A DNA stretch of 64,000 nt from Octopus vulgaris (taxonomy: Eukaryota): NCBI GenBank assembly GCA_951406725.2, contig OX597831.1, positions 77,066,001-77,130,000 of the forward strand. The letters are read 5' to 3'. Under the pieces are notes generated by a model. The model did not search any database, was not told the DNA's origin, and saw nothing but the letters and a program-made list of their open reading frames with translations. Below are positions 28,002-44,584 of the stretch, piece after piece. The position numbers were made by a program, and so were the translations under genes. Every line of letters begins with the position of its first letter. The first letter of the stretch is position 1.

Positions 28002-28663
28002 TATTGGATTGGTGCATAATTATTGTGGGGTTTTTTCAACAAATTTTATTCAACAAAAACAATAACAACATGTAAGAAAAACATCTCTAAATGATTGTTC
28101 TGGAGTATATTCACCATCTACTTCAATTACTGCTTCCCATTTGCTTGGCAGACCAGACGGTCAGACTGTCATTTAAAGATGTTTTTGTTAAATATTGTTA
28201 TTATTTTTCTTCAATAGGCGCAGGAGTGGTTGTGTGGTAAGTAGCTTGCTAACCAGCCACATGGTTCCGGGTTCAGTCCCACTGCGTGACATCTTGGGCA
28301 AGTGTCTTCTGCTATAGCCCCGGGCCGACCAATGTCTTGTGAGTGGATTTGGTAGACGGAAACTGAAAGAAGCCTGTCATATATATGTATATATATATAT
28401 ATGTGTGTGTATTTGTGTGTCTGTGTTTGTCCCCCTAGCATTGCTTGACAACCGATGCTGGTGTGTTTACATCCCCGTCACTTAGCAGTTAGGCAAAAGA
28501 GACCGATAGAATAAGTACTGGGTTTACAAAGAATAAGTCCCGGGGTCGATTTGTTCGACTAAAGGTGGTGCTCCAGCATGGCCGTAGTCAAATGACTGAA
28601 ACAAGTAAAAAAAAAAAAAAAATTGTTGAAAAAAATTCGCAATAATTATGCACCAACCCAATA
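28002..28663 (-). mobile_element. Internally deleted mariner (Tc1/mariner) element with nested SINE A (28216-28620)
   Basis: TA-flanked TIRs TTGGATTGGTGCATAATTATTG / CAATAATTATGCACCAACCCAA; minus-strand remnant LPSKWEAVIEVDGEY resembles the mariner transposase C-terminus. Confidence 0.85.
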
Positions 28664-30241
28664 TCGTTTACTTTTTGGTTAATCTCCTTCATTGGTCTGT
28701 GGCCAAGCTGTGGCAACACCTTATAGTGTCTCAGGTGAATAAATCAATTTCAGTACTTTTTTCACCTTACACTCAGTACAATAATGACAGTTAAATAAAA
28801 AACAAAAGAAAGCCTCTCAATTATTTTATGTTTTATTATTATTATTATTTCTCATTAATGGCAATTAATCCAAGGAGTTATAAGAAAATTTTAAAAACAA
28901 AATCCTTCTTGTGTTACATGTGATATTAGCAATTATTACAATTATAACTCGTTAATTTAATAATTGACATTAAATTTATTTTACAGTCAGGTGAATAAGA
29001 AATTAATAACGTGGATATTTACAGTGATGTGATTGATTAATAAATAAATAAATAAATTAATTAATTAATTAGTAACATAGATATTTACAGTCATGTAACA
29101 ATATAGATATTTACAAACATATTTTTAATAAAGAAATATTTAGTCATGTCATTAATCATGCGGTTAATTAAGATAGATATATATAGTCATATAATTAATT
29201 AGCAACATATATGATTACAATCAAGTGAGCAAAAGTACAAATTCAAGCCAACATCAGGGTCTCTTAGGTACATAAAAAAGAAAAGCTTCACTAAAGATTT
29301 TCTGATTTGGTGTTACATATCGCTATATGTCCATCAACTTTTTTTTATTTATGCTGTATGAGGAAGTACCAAGCACTACAAGTCGGTAAAAATTGTGGAA
29401 GAGACACACGGAAAAGTGACTTCAGATGAAACAAAGAATATTCATTTCTTTATTGCCCACAGGGGGCTAAACATTGGGAAGACAGACACAGGGATTAAGT
29501 CGATTACATTGACCCCAGTACTTATTTAATTGACCTCTGAAATGATGAAAGTCAAAGTTGACCTTGGTGGAATTTGAACTCAAAACGTAAAAGCAGACGA
29601 AATACCGCTCGGCATTTCACCCAGTGTGCTAATGATTCTGCTAGCTCACTGCCCAGAGATGAAATAATGAATATTGATTGCAAATTTTGACCCAACAGCA
29701 ACAATTTCGGGGATGGGTGTAAGTTGATTGCATCAACCCAACTACATAACTGGTACTTAATTTATCAACCCCAAAAGGATGAATGGTAAAGTCAACCTTG
29801 GTGGAATTTGAACTCAGAATGCAATAGCAGATGAAATACCAAGAATTATTTTGCCCAGGGTGCTAACGATGCTGTCAGCTCGCCACCCAAAGATGAAATA
29901 AAGAATTTAGATTGCGAATTTTGCCACAACAGCAACAATTATACATGACTGGTACTTAATTTATCAACCCCAAAAGTATGAAAGGTAAAGTCGATCTTGG
30001 CAGAATTTGAACTTAGAACCCAAAGACAGAGAAAATGCTGTTCAACCATGTTGCCTGGCATACTGACAATTCTGCCAGCTCACCGCCTTTGGAATGGTGA
30101 ATATTGATCTCAAGATACTGTAGTTTATGGAGGAGAAGACACAGGACTAAATTGATTGGTATTACATGGTACTGGAGAAGACCTGATCACTCATGAAAGC
30201 ACAGCGAAACGTATGTGAAAAGGTGAATAGTAATAGGAAGA

Positions 30242-31400
30242 AGGCAGCGAGCTGGTAGAAACGTTAGCACGTCGGGTGAAATGCATAGCAGTATTTCCTC
30301 TGATGCTACAATCTGAGTTCAAATTTCGCTGAGGTCGACTTTGTCTTTCATCCTTTCGGGGTCGATTAAATAAGTACCAGTTACGCACTGGGGTCGATGT
30401 AATCGACTTAATCCGTTTGTCTGTCCTTGTTTGTCCTCTCTATATTTAGCCCCTTGTGGGTAGTAAAGAAATTAGGTATTTCGTCTGTCTTTACGTTCTG
30501 AGTTCAAATTTCACCGAGGTCGACTTTGGCTTTCATCCTTTCGGGGTCGATTAAGTAAGTATCAGTTACGCACTGGGGTCGATGTAATCGACTTAATCCG
30601 TTTGCGTGTCCTTGTTTGTTCTCTCTGTATTTAGCCCCTTGTGGGTAGTAAAGAAATTAGGTATTTCATCTGTCTTTACGTTCTGAGTTCAAATTTCACC
30701 GAGGTTGACTTTGCCTTTCATCCTTTCGGGGTCGATTAAATAAGTACCAGTTACGCACTGGGGTCGATGTAATCGACTTAATCCGTTTGCGTGTCCTTGT
30801 TTGTCCTCTCTGTATTTAGCCCCTTGTGGGTAGTAAAGAAATTAGGTATTTCGTCTGTCTTTACGTTCTGAGTTCAAATTTCGCCGAGGTCGACTTTGCC
30901 TTTCATCCTTTCGGGGTCGATTAAATAAGTATCAGTTACGCACTGGGGTCGATGTAATCGACTTAATCCGTTTGCGTGTCCTTGTTTGTTCTCTCTGTAT
31001 TTAGCCCCTTGTGGGTAGTAAAGAAATTAGGTATTTCATCTGTCTTTACGTTCTGAGTTCAAATTTCACCGAGGTCGACTTTGCCTTTCATCCTTTCGGG
31101 GTCGATTAAATAAGTATCAGTTACGCACAGGGGTCGATGTAATCGACTTAATCCGTTTGTGTATCCTTGCTTGTCCTCTCTGGGTTTAGCCCCTTGTGGG
31201 TAGTAAAGAAATAGGTATTTTGTCTGTCTTTATGTTCTGAGTTCAAATTCCGCCGAGGTTGACTTTGCCTTTCATCCTTTCGGGGTCGATTAAATAAGTA
31301 CCAGTTACACACTGGGGTTGATATAATCGACTTAATCCATTTGTCTGTCCTTGTTTGTCCCCTCTGTGTTTTAAGCCCCTTGTAGGTAGTAAATAAATAA
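30242..31400 (+). repeat. SINE family B head followed by six tandem 184-185 bp body units
   Basis: GAGTTCAAATT recurs at 30315, 30500, 30685, 30870, 31055 and 31239. Confidence 0.95.
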
Positions 31401-32205
31401 GTAATAAAAATTGGTAACTATTACAGGTGTGTGTGTACAGCCACGGATGCTAGAATCTTTGTGATCCCAATTGAGGTTGTGAGGTATGTGCACTTGTACC
31501 CTTCTAAACCAGCATTCACTATCATTGGTCAGCCCGGGGCTATAGCAGAAGACACTTGCCCAAGATGCCACGCAGTGAGACTGAACCCGGAACCGTGTGG
31601 TTGGTTAGCAAGCTACTTACCACACAGCCACTCCTGCGCCTATGCTGCAAAATTTTGCAGAAAGCAAATGGGCCTGTGCAGTTGCCAAGTGGTACCCAAG
31701 AGAATGAAAGAAACCATTTGGAAGATCTTCAAAACAATGGCAAGATGGTTGAGTCAAAAAAATTTTGGTATAATCAAGAATGGAAGTGAATTGTGACTAA
31801 GTAACGTAAGGACAGTCTGGTCAATATCTATCATCATCATCATCATCATCATCATTTAACGTCCGCTTTCCATGCTAGCATGGGTTGGACGGTTCAACTG
31901 GGGTCTGGGGAGCCCGAAGGCTGCACCAGGCCAGTCAGATCTGGCAGTGTTCTACGGCTGGATGCCCTTCCTAACGCCAACCACTCTGTGAATGTAGTGG
32001 GTGCTTTTTATGTGCAACCGACACAGGTGCCAGATGAGGCTGGCGAACGGCCACGATCAGATGGTGTTTGTTACGTGCCCACAGCACGGAGGCCAGTCGA
32101 TGCGGTACTGGCTACGGCCACGTTCGGATGGTTTTCTTATGTGCCACCGGCACTGGTACCACAAAGATACAAATTCCATTGATGTTCATCTATTTTGATT
32201 TGTTT

Positions 32206-32256
<51 letters not shown>

Positions 32257-33109
32257 CACACATATATATATATACACATATATGTATTTATACACATTCT
32301 TTTACTGGTTTCAGCCATTTGACTACGGCCATGCTGGAGCACCACCTTTAATTGAACAAATCAACCCCTGGACTCATTCTTTGTAAGACTAGTACTTATT
32401 CTATCTATCGCTTAGCCGAACCGCTAAGTTAAGGGGACATAAGCACACCAAAATTGGTTGTCAAGCAACAGTGGGGGGAACAAACACAGAGACACAAACA
32501 TATATAAATATATGTGATGGGCTTCTTTCAGTTTCTGTCTATCATATCCACTCACGAAGTTTTAGTCGGCCTAGGGCTATAGAAGAAAACACATGCCCAA
32601 GGTGCCACGCAGTGGGACTGAACCTGGAACCATGTGATTCAGAAACAAGTCTTTTACTTCAGCCACAGGAGCCTTTGCCTCCCTTACCTTCTCTCTCCTT
32701 TTCTGTCTTGCAAGTTACTCGGCAACCTCACAGGACATTCTGTAAAGTGGTTGGTATTAGGAAGGGCATCCAACAGCAGAATCCATGCAAAAGATGACGT
32801 TGGAGCTCAGTGTGGCCCTGCAGCTCACCAGGACCCTATCAGACTGCCCCATACATCTACACACCCCAGTATGAAAAGAGGGACGTTCAATGACAATGAT
32901 ATGTAGATATACATGTACATACACATGTGTATATATATATATAGCCACTATACATTCTTTATTTTCTCTCCCTGTTTCTTTCTGTAGAAGAGCGTATGCT
33001 CAAAACGTTAGAGACGTTTTCATTTCCCAAGTGTTATACTAATATATCTGTTTGTTGTCTACACCACCTGTCTTCATCTTTTGTTTTTTTTTGTTAATTC
33101 ACTGCCTAT

Positions 33110-33184
<75 letters not shown>

Positions 33185-33189
33185 TATAT

Positions 33190-33860
33190 GGATGGATTCT
33201 CCAAACTTTCAGAACAAGAGAGAAGGAGACACTGATGGTCCTATGGAAAACAGTCGTCCTCAGCCGCTTGGACTACTGCTCCCAACTATGGTCACCACAC
33301 AATATAAAACTAACAGCAGAACTCGAAGCAATTCAGAGAAGCTACACAAAGAAGATCGACTCAATGCAAAATATCAGCTACTGGGAAAGACTGAAAGTAT
33401 TAAACCTCTTCTCCCTAGAGCGGAGGCGGGAGAGATATGCGGTGATATACATCTGGAAAATCTTGGAGGGTCTTGTCCCAAACTTTGGCATTCAAAGTTA
33501 CCCCAACCGCAGAACGGGGTGCCACTGCATGGTGCCAAAGATTCCAACATCACCATCAAAATACAGGACCAGATACTGCAACAGCTTGGGTTTCAGAGGA
33601 CCACAGCTCTTTAACATCCTTCCTAAATGCCTGAGAGACTTGCAAGGTGTGGATGTGGGTTTCTTTAAAACTAAACTGGATCTCTTCTTGTCGGGAGTCC
33701 CAGATGAACCTACCTCACGACAGGAGACGCAGATGCGGGCAGCAGCATCGAACTCCCTTGTTGATCAAGTGCCACGTATCATAGGTGGATTCACATATTA
33801 GTGTAGCTCATTCAGCGGTGGTGCCCCAGCATGGCCACAGCCTTCGGGCTGAAACATTTT
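33190..33860 (+). mobile_element. 5'-truncated CR1/L2-type LINE (open RT C-terminal frame + 3' tail)
   Basis: VLSRLDYCSQLWSPH...LEAIQRSYTK...SYWERLKVLNLFSLERRRER...FKTKLD; stop at 33801; starts inside (TA)n. Confidence 0.9.
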
Positions 33861-34019
33861 TAAGGATTTAAGTATGTATATGTACATATATCATATATTC
33901 ACATATATACATACATATATATACATATACATATATACATACATATATGTACATATATACAAACATATATATACATACATAAATATATAAATACATATAT
34001 ACATAAATATATAAATACG

Positions 34020-35066
34020 CTGGTGACAAAAGGCCTCTCTCACAGAGTGAAAGGCAGACTGTATGATGCGTGTGTACGAACAGCCATGCTACATGGCAGT
34101 GAAACATGGGCCGTGACTGCTGAGGATATGCGTAAGCTCGCAAGAAATGAAGCCAGTATGCTCCGATCGATGTGTAATGTAAGTACCTTGAGAGAAAAGC
34201 TGGACCTAAGAAGCATCAGTTGTGGTGTGCAAGAGAGACGTTTGCGCTGGTATGGTCATGTGGCGAGAATGGATGAAGATAGTTGTGTGAAAAAGTGCCA
34301 CACCCTAGCGGTTGAGGGAACCTGTGGAAGAGGCAGACCCAGGAAAACCTGGGACGAGGTGGTGAAGCACGACCTTCGAACTTTAGGTCTCACTGAGGTA
34401 ATGACTAGAGACCGAGTCCTCTGGAAGTGTGCTGTGCGCGAGAAGACCCGGCAGGACAAGTGAGTCCATAACCCGTGGCCTTCTACATGGGATGGAGCCA
34501 GCCTACGTATGCATACCTTCCCTTCTTGGGACACAAAACTCTACTTGTGAAGGCAAGTGAGGATCAGAATCGAAATCGATCAATGGAAATTGCGGATGTG
34601 TTACCAGTGCCGGTGGCATGTCAAAACTCTACTTGTGAAGACCCGTTGAGGCAAGTGAGGATCAGAATCGAAATCAATCAATGGAAATCGATCAATGGAA
34701 ATTGCAGATGTGTTACCAGTGCCGGTGGCATGTAAGAGAACCTTCCGTTTCGTGACCATTGCCAGCACCTCTCCGTTTCGTGTCCGTTGCCAGCCTTGCC
34801 TGGCCCTCGTGCCAGTGGCACATAAAAAGCACCATCCATTCGTGGCTGTTTGCCAGCTCTGTCTGGCACCTGTGCGGGTGGCACGTAAAAAGCACCCACT
34901 ACACTCTCGGAGTGGTTGGCGTTAGGAAGGGCATCCAGCTGTAGAAACACTGCCAGATTTGACAGGGCCTGATGAAGCCTTCTCGCTTCACAGACGCCAG
35001 TAGAACCGTCCAACCCATGCTAGCATGGAAAACGGACGCTAAACGATGATGATGATGATGATGATA
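34020..35066 (+). mobile_element. 5'-truncated RTE-clade LINE with 3' UTR and (GAT)n tail
   Basis: KGRLYDACVRTAMLHGSETW...RRLRWYGHVARM...GRGRPRKTW; repetitive 3' UTR ending GATGATGAT. Confidence 0.9.
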
Positions 35067-35359
35067 TATACATACATAAATACATATATACATACACATA
35101 TAAATACATATATATATATATAAATACATATATATATATATAAATACATATATATATACATACATATATATACATATGCATATATATATACACATACATA
35201 TATATATACATATGCATATATATATACACATACATATATATAGATATATACATATATACATACATACATATATATATAAACACATATACACACACACACA
35301 TATATATACATACATACATACATACATAGACATATGTATACACATACACATTTATTGTC

Positions 35360-36155
35360 TGATAACCACAGAAGACATGCTCAAAAGAAGATCGCACCAC
35401 TCTACCGCAGCGTATCATCAAGTGAAAGGATGAGCCTATATGAGCAGAAGACTATGCATGGATACGTTGGTAAAAGTTCCAAATGACAGTAATATTGGTC
35501 ATCAAAGCAGTCTATTATGGACCAATGGCTGGATTACTACCTCCACACTTTGAAGGGTATGCGTGGGCAATCGAGTAACAAGAAATATCAACCAAATACC
35601 TGATGTACAAAGGGGATGAGAGATGCAGGAAAAGCAGTAAAATGTGACAACTAATGCAGACTTTGTGGAGTTCACACACTGAAGATATCACCCACATCAT
35701 AAGCAGTTGTCGGAAAATAACATCATGGTATAATCTACAGTTACTCTATCCAGATTACAAAGTTCAGGTCTATACCTGTAATTATTGAGGTCTAGGATAT
35801 GCAACACACTGCATAAATATCAGTCTTGGGAAATTAAGCTTCTTAAAAACAGAAAGGAGAAAGTTAATTCGAAGGAACTATCCGATCTAATCCATCACTG
35901 GAACATTAAAAATCTATAAAACTTTCCGGAAGTTAATGTTTTAAATATATATGAGCATATCTAGATATGCAACAATATGCATGAGAAAACATTTATAAAA
36001 CAAAACATACACATATCTTCACACATAAATACATACATAGAAACAAGAATGCCCTGTTGTTGATGTTAGATTCCAATGAAGGAGCCTTAAGATCTAGGTT
36101 AGAAACCGACTCTTTCTCTATTGGCATAAAATCTTGAAATAAAACTGAACAATGA
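35360..36155 (+). mobile_element. Degenerate R4/Dong-type (restriction-like endonuclease) non-LTR fragment
   Basis: Frameshifted MHG...QEISTKYL...CRLCGVH-EDITHIISSC zinc-knuckle; its 3' UTR recurs inverted at about 15706-15820. Confidence 0.7.
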
Positions 36156-36278
36156 CATACGTATATAAATACATGCATATATACACACATACATACATGC
36201 CCATACACATACACACGTACGTACATACCGAGATTTGGTTGTTTACAATATTGCAGGTGTTCTACACATACATATACA

Positions 36279-41370
<5,092 letters not shown>

Positions 41371-41887
41371 TTTACAATATTCTGTGAAAATATGTCGGGC
41401 CACGGAGAAAAATATCACTTTTGCTTTGGAAAAACAAGTGAAGGTTTGGTGACAGGAAGAGCATCCAGCCACAGAAAATCTGAGTCAAGAAAGTCCAATC
41501 CAACCCATGCAAGCATGGAAAAGAGGATGTTAAAGTAACGATGATGTCTGAAGGTGCAGGCATGGCTCTGTGGTGAAGAAGTTTACTTACCGACATCATG
41601 GTTTTGGGTTCAAGCACACAGCAGTGTGTGTCACCTTAGGCAAGTATTTTCTCCGATAGTTTCAAGCTAACCAAAACCTTGCCTTGTGAGTGGATTTGGT
41701 AGGTGGAAACTGAAAGAAGCCTATAGTGTATACATAAAAGATCAAGGCTGTCTGGTAAGAAGTTTGCTTCCCAACCACATGGTCCTAGGTTCAGTCCCAC
41801 TGTGTAGCACCTGTGTGGCAGGTGGAAACTGAAAGAAGCCTGTTGTATATATATAAAAGATCATGGTTGTGTTCAAAATTCTACCAA

Positions 41888-41933
41888 GACACCTGATGAA
41901 GGCTGGAGAGTAAATCAGCCGAAATGTTGTGGT
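41888..41933 (+). ncRNA. Minimal hammerhead-ribozyme motif in a solo arm (about 41870-42010) of the fold-back HHR element; stem III mutated
   Basis: GACAC-CTGATGA-A-GGCTG-GAGAGTAAAT-CAGCC-GAAAT-GTT-GTGGT. Confidence 0.55.
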
Positions 41934-42126
41934 AACAACAAACAAGATGATGACAAATATCCGTCCAATGTAAATGTACAGAATTCCTCATCTCTAGAAT
42001 ATAGAACAATATAGACTGGTGGTTCACAACCATTTTAATATCTGATCCAGATCCAAAATGAGGGATTTTTTTAGGGGGGCTGCACCAAAAAAAGTAAAGG
42101 ACAAGTCAAAGGAAAATTTATAATTC

Positions 42127-42795
42127 TTAACCCATTAGCATTTAAGCTGGTCATATCCAGCCAAAATATTCTTCCTGTTTTATGATCAAACTGGCCAGAT
42201 CCAGCCTCTCACACCTACCCTACAATGTTAGTGTAAAAATATAGAGTCACACAATCGAAATCTCAAAAGCTACAAGATAAAGCTGGATAGATTTAAAACA
42301 AAGTGGATAAATAAGTGTTACATTTGATAGAATATTTACATTATTTACATTTGACGGATATTTGTCCTCATCTTGTTTGTTGTTAACACAACGTATCAGT
42401 TGATATACCCTCCAGCCTTCATCAGGTGTCTTGGGGACCTTTCAAACCTGGGTTCTCATTCCTAAGGTATTTTTCCATAAGGTATATGCCCACAGACATA
42501 CGACGTAGAGGTTAAGAGAGCGGGTTACTAAACCCATGATTCTGAGTTCTATCTCAGACAGTGACCTGAATAATAATAATAACATCTAAAAATACCTTGG
42601 TAATGAGAACCCAGGTTCAAAATTTCCCCCAAGAGACCTGATGAAGGCTGGAGGGTATATCAGCCGAAACATTGTGTTAACAACAAACAAGATGAGGACA
42701 AATATCCGTCAAACTTAAATAATGTACATAATTCCTCATCTCTTAAATACAGAACTGTATTATTTGATAGAATAATCTGAACACTAAAGGGTTAA
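42127..42795. mobile_element. TTAA-flanked piggyBac-like MITE hosting the HHR element; other copies at 52126-53295 (also interrupted) and 53298-53514 (empty)
   Basis: TTAA|CCCATTAGCA ... CACTAAAGGG|TTAA ends; body is the reverse complement of the copies at 52.1-53.5 kb. Confidence 0.7.
42335..42761. mobile_element. Fold-back tRNA-head / hammerhead-tail element, copy 1 (HHR motifs at 42385-42430 minus and 42633-42678 plus)
   Basis: About 140-bp inverted arms each carrying CTGATGA-A-GGCTG...CA(G/A)C(C/T)-GA(A/T)AC; tRNA-like segment at 42494-42568; 13-bp direct repeat ATTTGATAGAATA at 42322-42334 and 42762-42774. Confidence 0.85.
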
Positions 42796-42904
42796 AGAGC
42801 AAGCAACATCAGGGGCAAGTGGCAGGGATGGTTGAGGGTTGCATGTAACCCCGGGAGATGTGGTTGAGAACAGCTGATGTTGAGGCTTCTGTGTTTTTGC
42901 TCAC

Positions 42905-43166
42905 CTTTTCTGAGATCAAATCTGCAAGAAGCGTTACAATCTTCACTTGAATAGCATCCGTCTTTGACTCGGAGTAGAGCTGGGTGAATGCAGACAGACC
43001 CCCGAGGGCCAGGAAACGCTGCTGTGCATCGAGATTGTGTCGCAGGAGCACCGATGCTGCGTAGAGGCACTTCTTTCGCACGGCCAGAGATGGCTCAGTG
43101 GAAATCATGGTGATGAGTTTCTGCATAACACCAGCATCAACTGCAGTTGACTGCACAACAGGATTA
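42905..43166 (-). CDS. SIL1: SIL1 nucleotide exchange factor, coding exon 7 (S-NPVVQ...LLADLISEK), last exon found
   Basis: Armadillo-like Fes1/SIL1 segment (SNP.VQ, KK.LYA.S.LLRH, FL.LGGL, VKIVTLLADLISEK); tgCAG acceptor, GTGAGC donor, phase 2 to phase 0. Confidence 0.93.
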
Positions 43167-43784
43167 CTGCACATTTATGAAAGAGAAAACAAAATAGATT
43201 AGTTTCTTTAATAATTAGTCAATTAAGCTTTTTTTTTAAATTTGACTGGATATAAGTGCAAGCATGGCTATGTGGTTAAGAAGGCTGCTTTGCAACTCAT
43301 GTGGTTTGGGGTTCAGTCCCACGACATCATACCTTGGGCAAGTGGCTTCTGTGATAGCCCTGGGTCAGCACCATCCGAATGTGATCATTGCCAGGGCTGC
43401 TGATTGGCTCCCGTGCTGGTGGCATGTAAAAAGCAACAGTTGAGTGTGATTGTTGCCAGTGTCGCCTTATTGGCACATGAAAAACAGCATTCAAGCTTGG
43501 TTGTTGCCAGTGCTGCCGGACTGGCTCCCATGCAGGTAGCATGCAAAAAACATCTTTTGAGCATAGTCATTGCCAGAACCGCCCGACTGGCCCTTGAGCC
43601 GGTGGCACGTAAAAGCACCCACTACACTCTCAGAATGGTTGGCATTAGGAAGGGCATCCAGCTGTAGAAACTTTGCCAGATCAGATTGGAGCCTGGTGCA
43701 GCCTTCTGGCTCGCCAGTCCTCAGTCAAACCATCCAACCCATGCCAGCATGGAAAGTAAACGTTAAAAGACAATGATGATAGGT

Positions 43785-44170
43785 TCATCATCATCATTGT
43801 TCAACCGTGGTCGAGACAATGGAATTTACCATGCTACGCCAGACTTCACGGTCCATCATGGCATTACAGAGGTTCTGTTGCTGGATGCCTGTATCCCTGG
43901 AGATTACATCAGGGTAGGAGAGTGTGCGCCCTCTGGTATTGCGAGTAGATGGCTTCCAGAGGAGAAGAGTAGAAATTACCTCTTTTTCAGCTCTACAACA
44001 ATGTCCTGCAAACTGGACTCTCCTACCTTTCACAAGAGATGACACAGGTGGTAGTTTCCCATATATTTGCATTTTGGTTGGATGGCGCTTCCACGAGAGA
44101 TTTTGAGCTCTCATAAGGAGGCGAGTGTAGGTTCCATCCAACCGCCTCTCAAGCTTCTTTGATAATGTCC
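43785..44170 (-). mobile_element. 5'-truncated RTE-type LINE 3' fragment
   Basis: LDGTYTRLLMRAQNLSWKRH...RRVQFAGHC...LLLWKP...AMMDREVWR; ends in (TGA)n. Confidence 0.85.
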
Positions 44171-44209
44171 ATAAAATTTATGATCCTTTTGAAATGATAG
44201 GTTACTCAC

Positions 44210-44331
44210 CTCTGCATTGCTGATCCAAGTACAAAAGCTGTGTCGTGTTTCACATCCGTGTCTGTGCTGTTTAGTAAGTTTACTAGGAGAGAGATTCCAC
44301 CAAGTTCGGCAAACAGCTGGGCACTATCAAT
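44210..44331 (-). CDS. SIL1: SIL1 coding exon 6 (IDSAQLFAELGGISLLVNLLNSTDTDVKHDTAFVLGSAMQ-S)
   Basis: Not in the ORF track; ttgTAG acceptor, GTGAGT donor, 122 nt, phase 0 to phase 2; matches the SIL1 pattern D.AQ....GG....LNST...AFVLG.A. Confidence 0.93.
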
Positions 44332-44553
44332 CTACAAAGGAAAGAGACAGGATGTCCTTAACATAACTTAGAGCACCAACAAAAAGGGGCCTTAAAACCA
44401 GTGATTCACAGGCCAATGGCACATGGCTCCACCAGTTGGATATGGCAACTTTTAAAGGGCCATCAGTTACCCCAGAATGGGGTAATCTAAATAGAAAATT
44501 AATTAAATTTGCAATAAAGTTTCAATTAAAACTTCTTTCAAGTATGCACATAG

Positions 44554-44584
<31 letters not shown>

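Noticed and set aside
30242-31400. Regularly spaced repeats resembling a CRISPR array
   Set aside because: Units are contiguous 185-bp SINE bodies with no unique spacers, the context is eukaryotic and there are no cas genes.
31640-31800. Candidate missing SIL1 exon
   Set aside because: No SIL1-like translation on minus; the plus strand KWYPRE...RW pattern fits a decayed LINE C-terminus.
33052-33801. 249-aa ORF as a host gene
   Set aside because: The N-terminus is microsatellite-derived and the rest is a truncated CR1/L2 reverse-transcriptase C-terminus.
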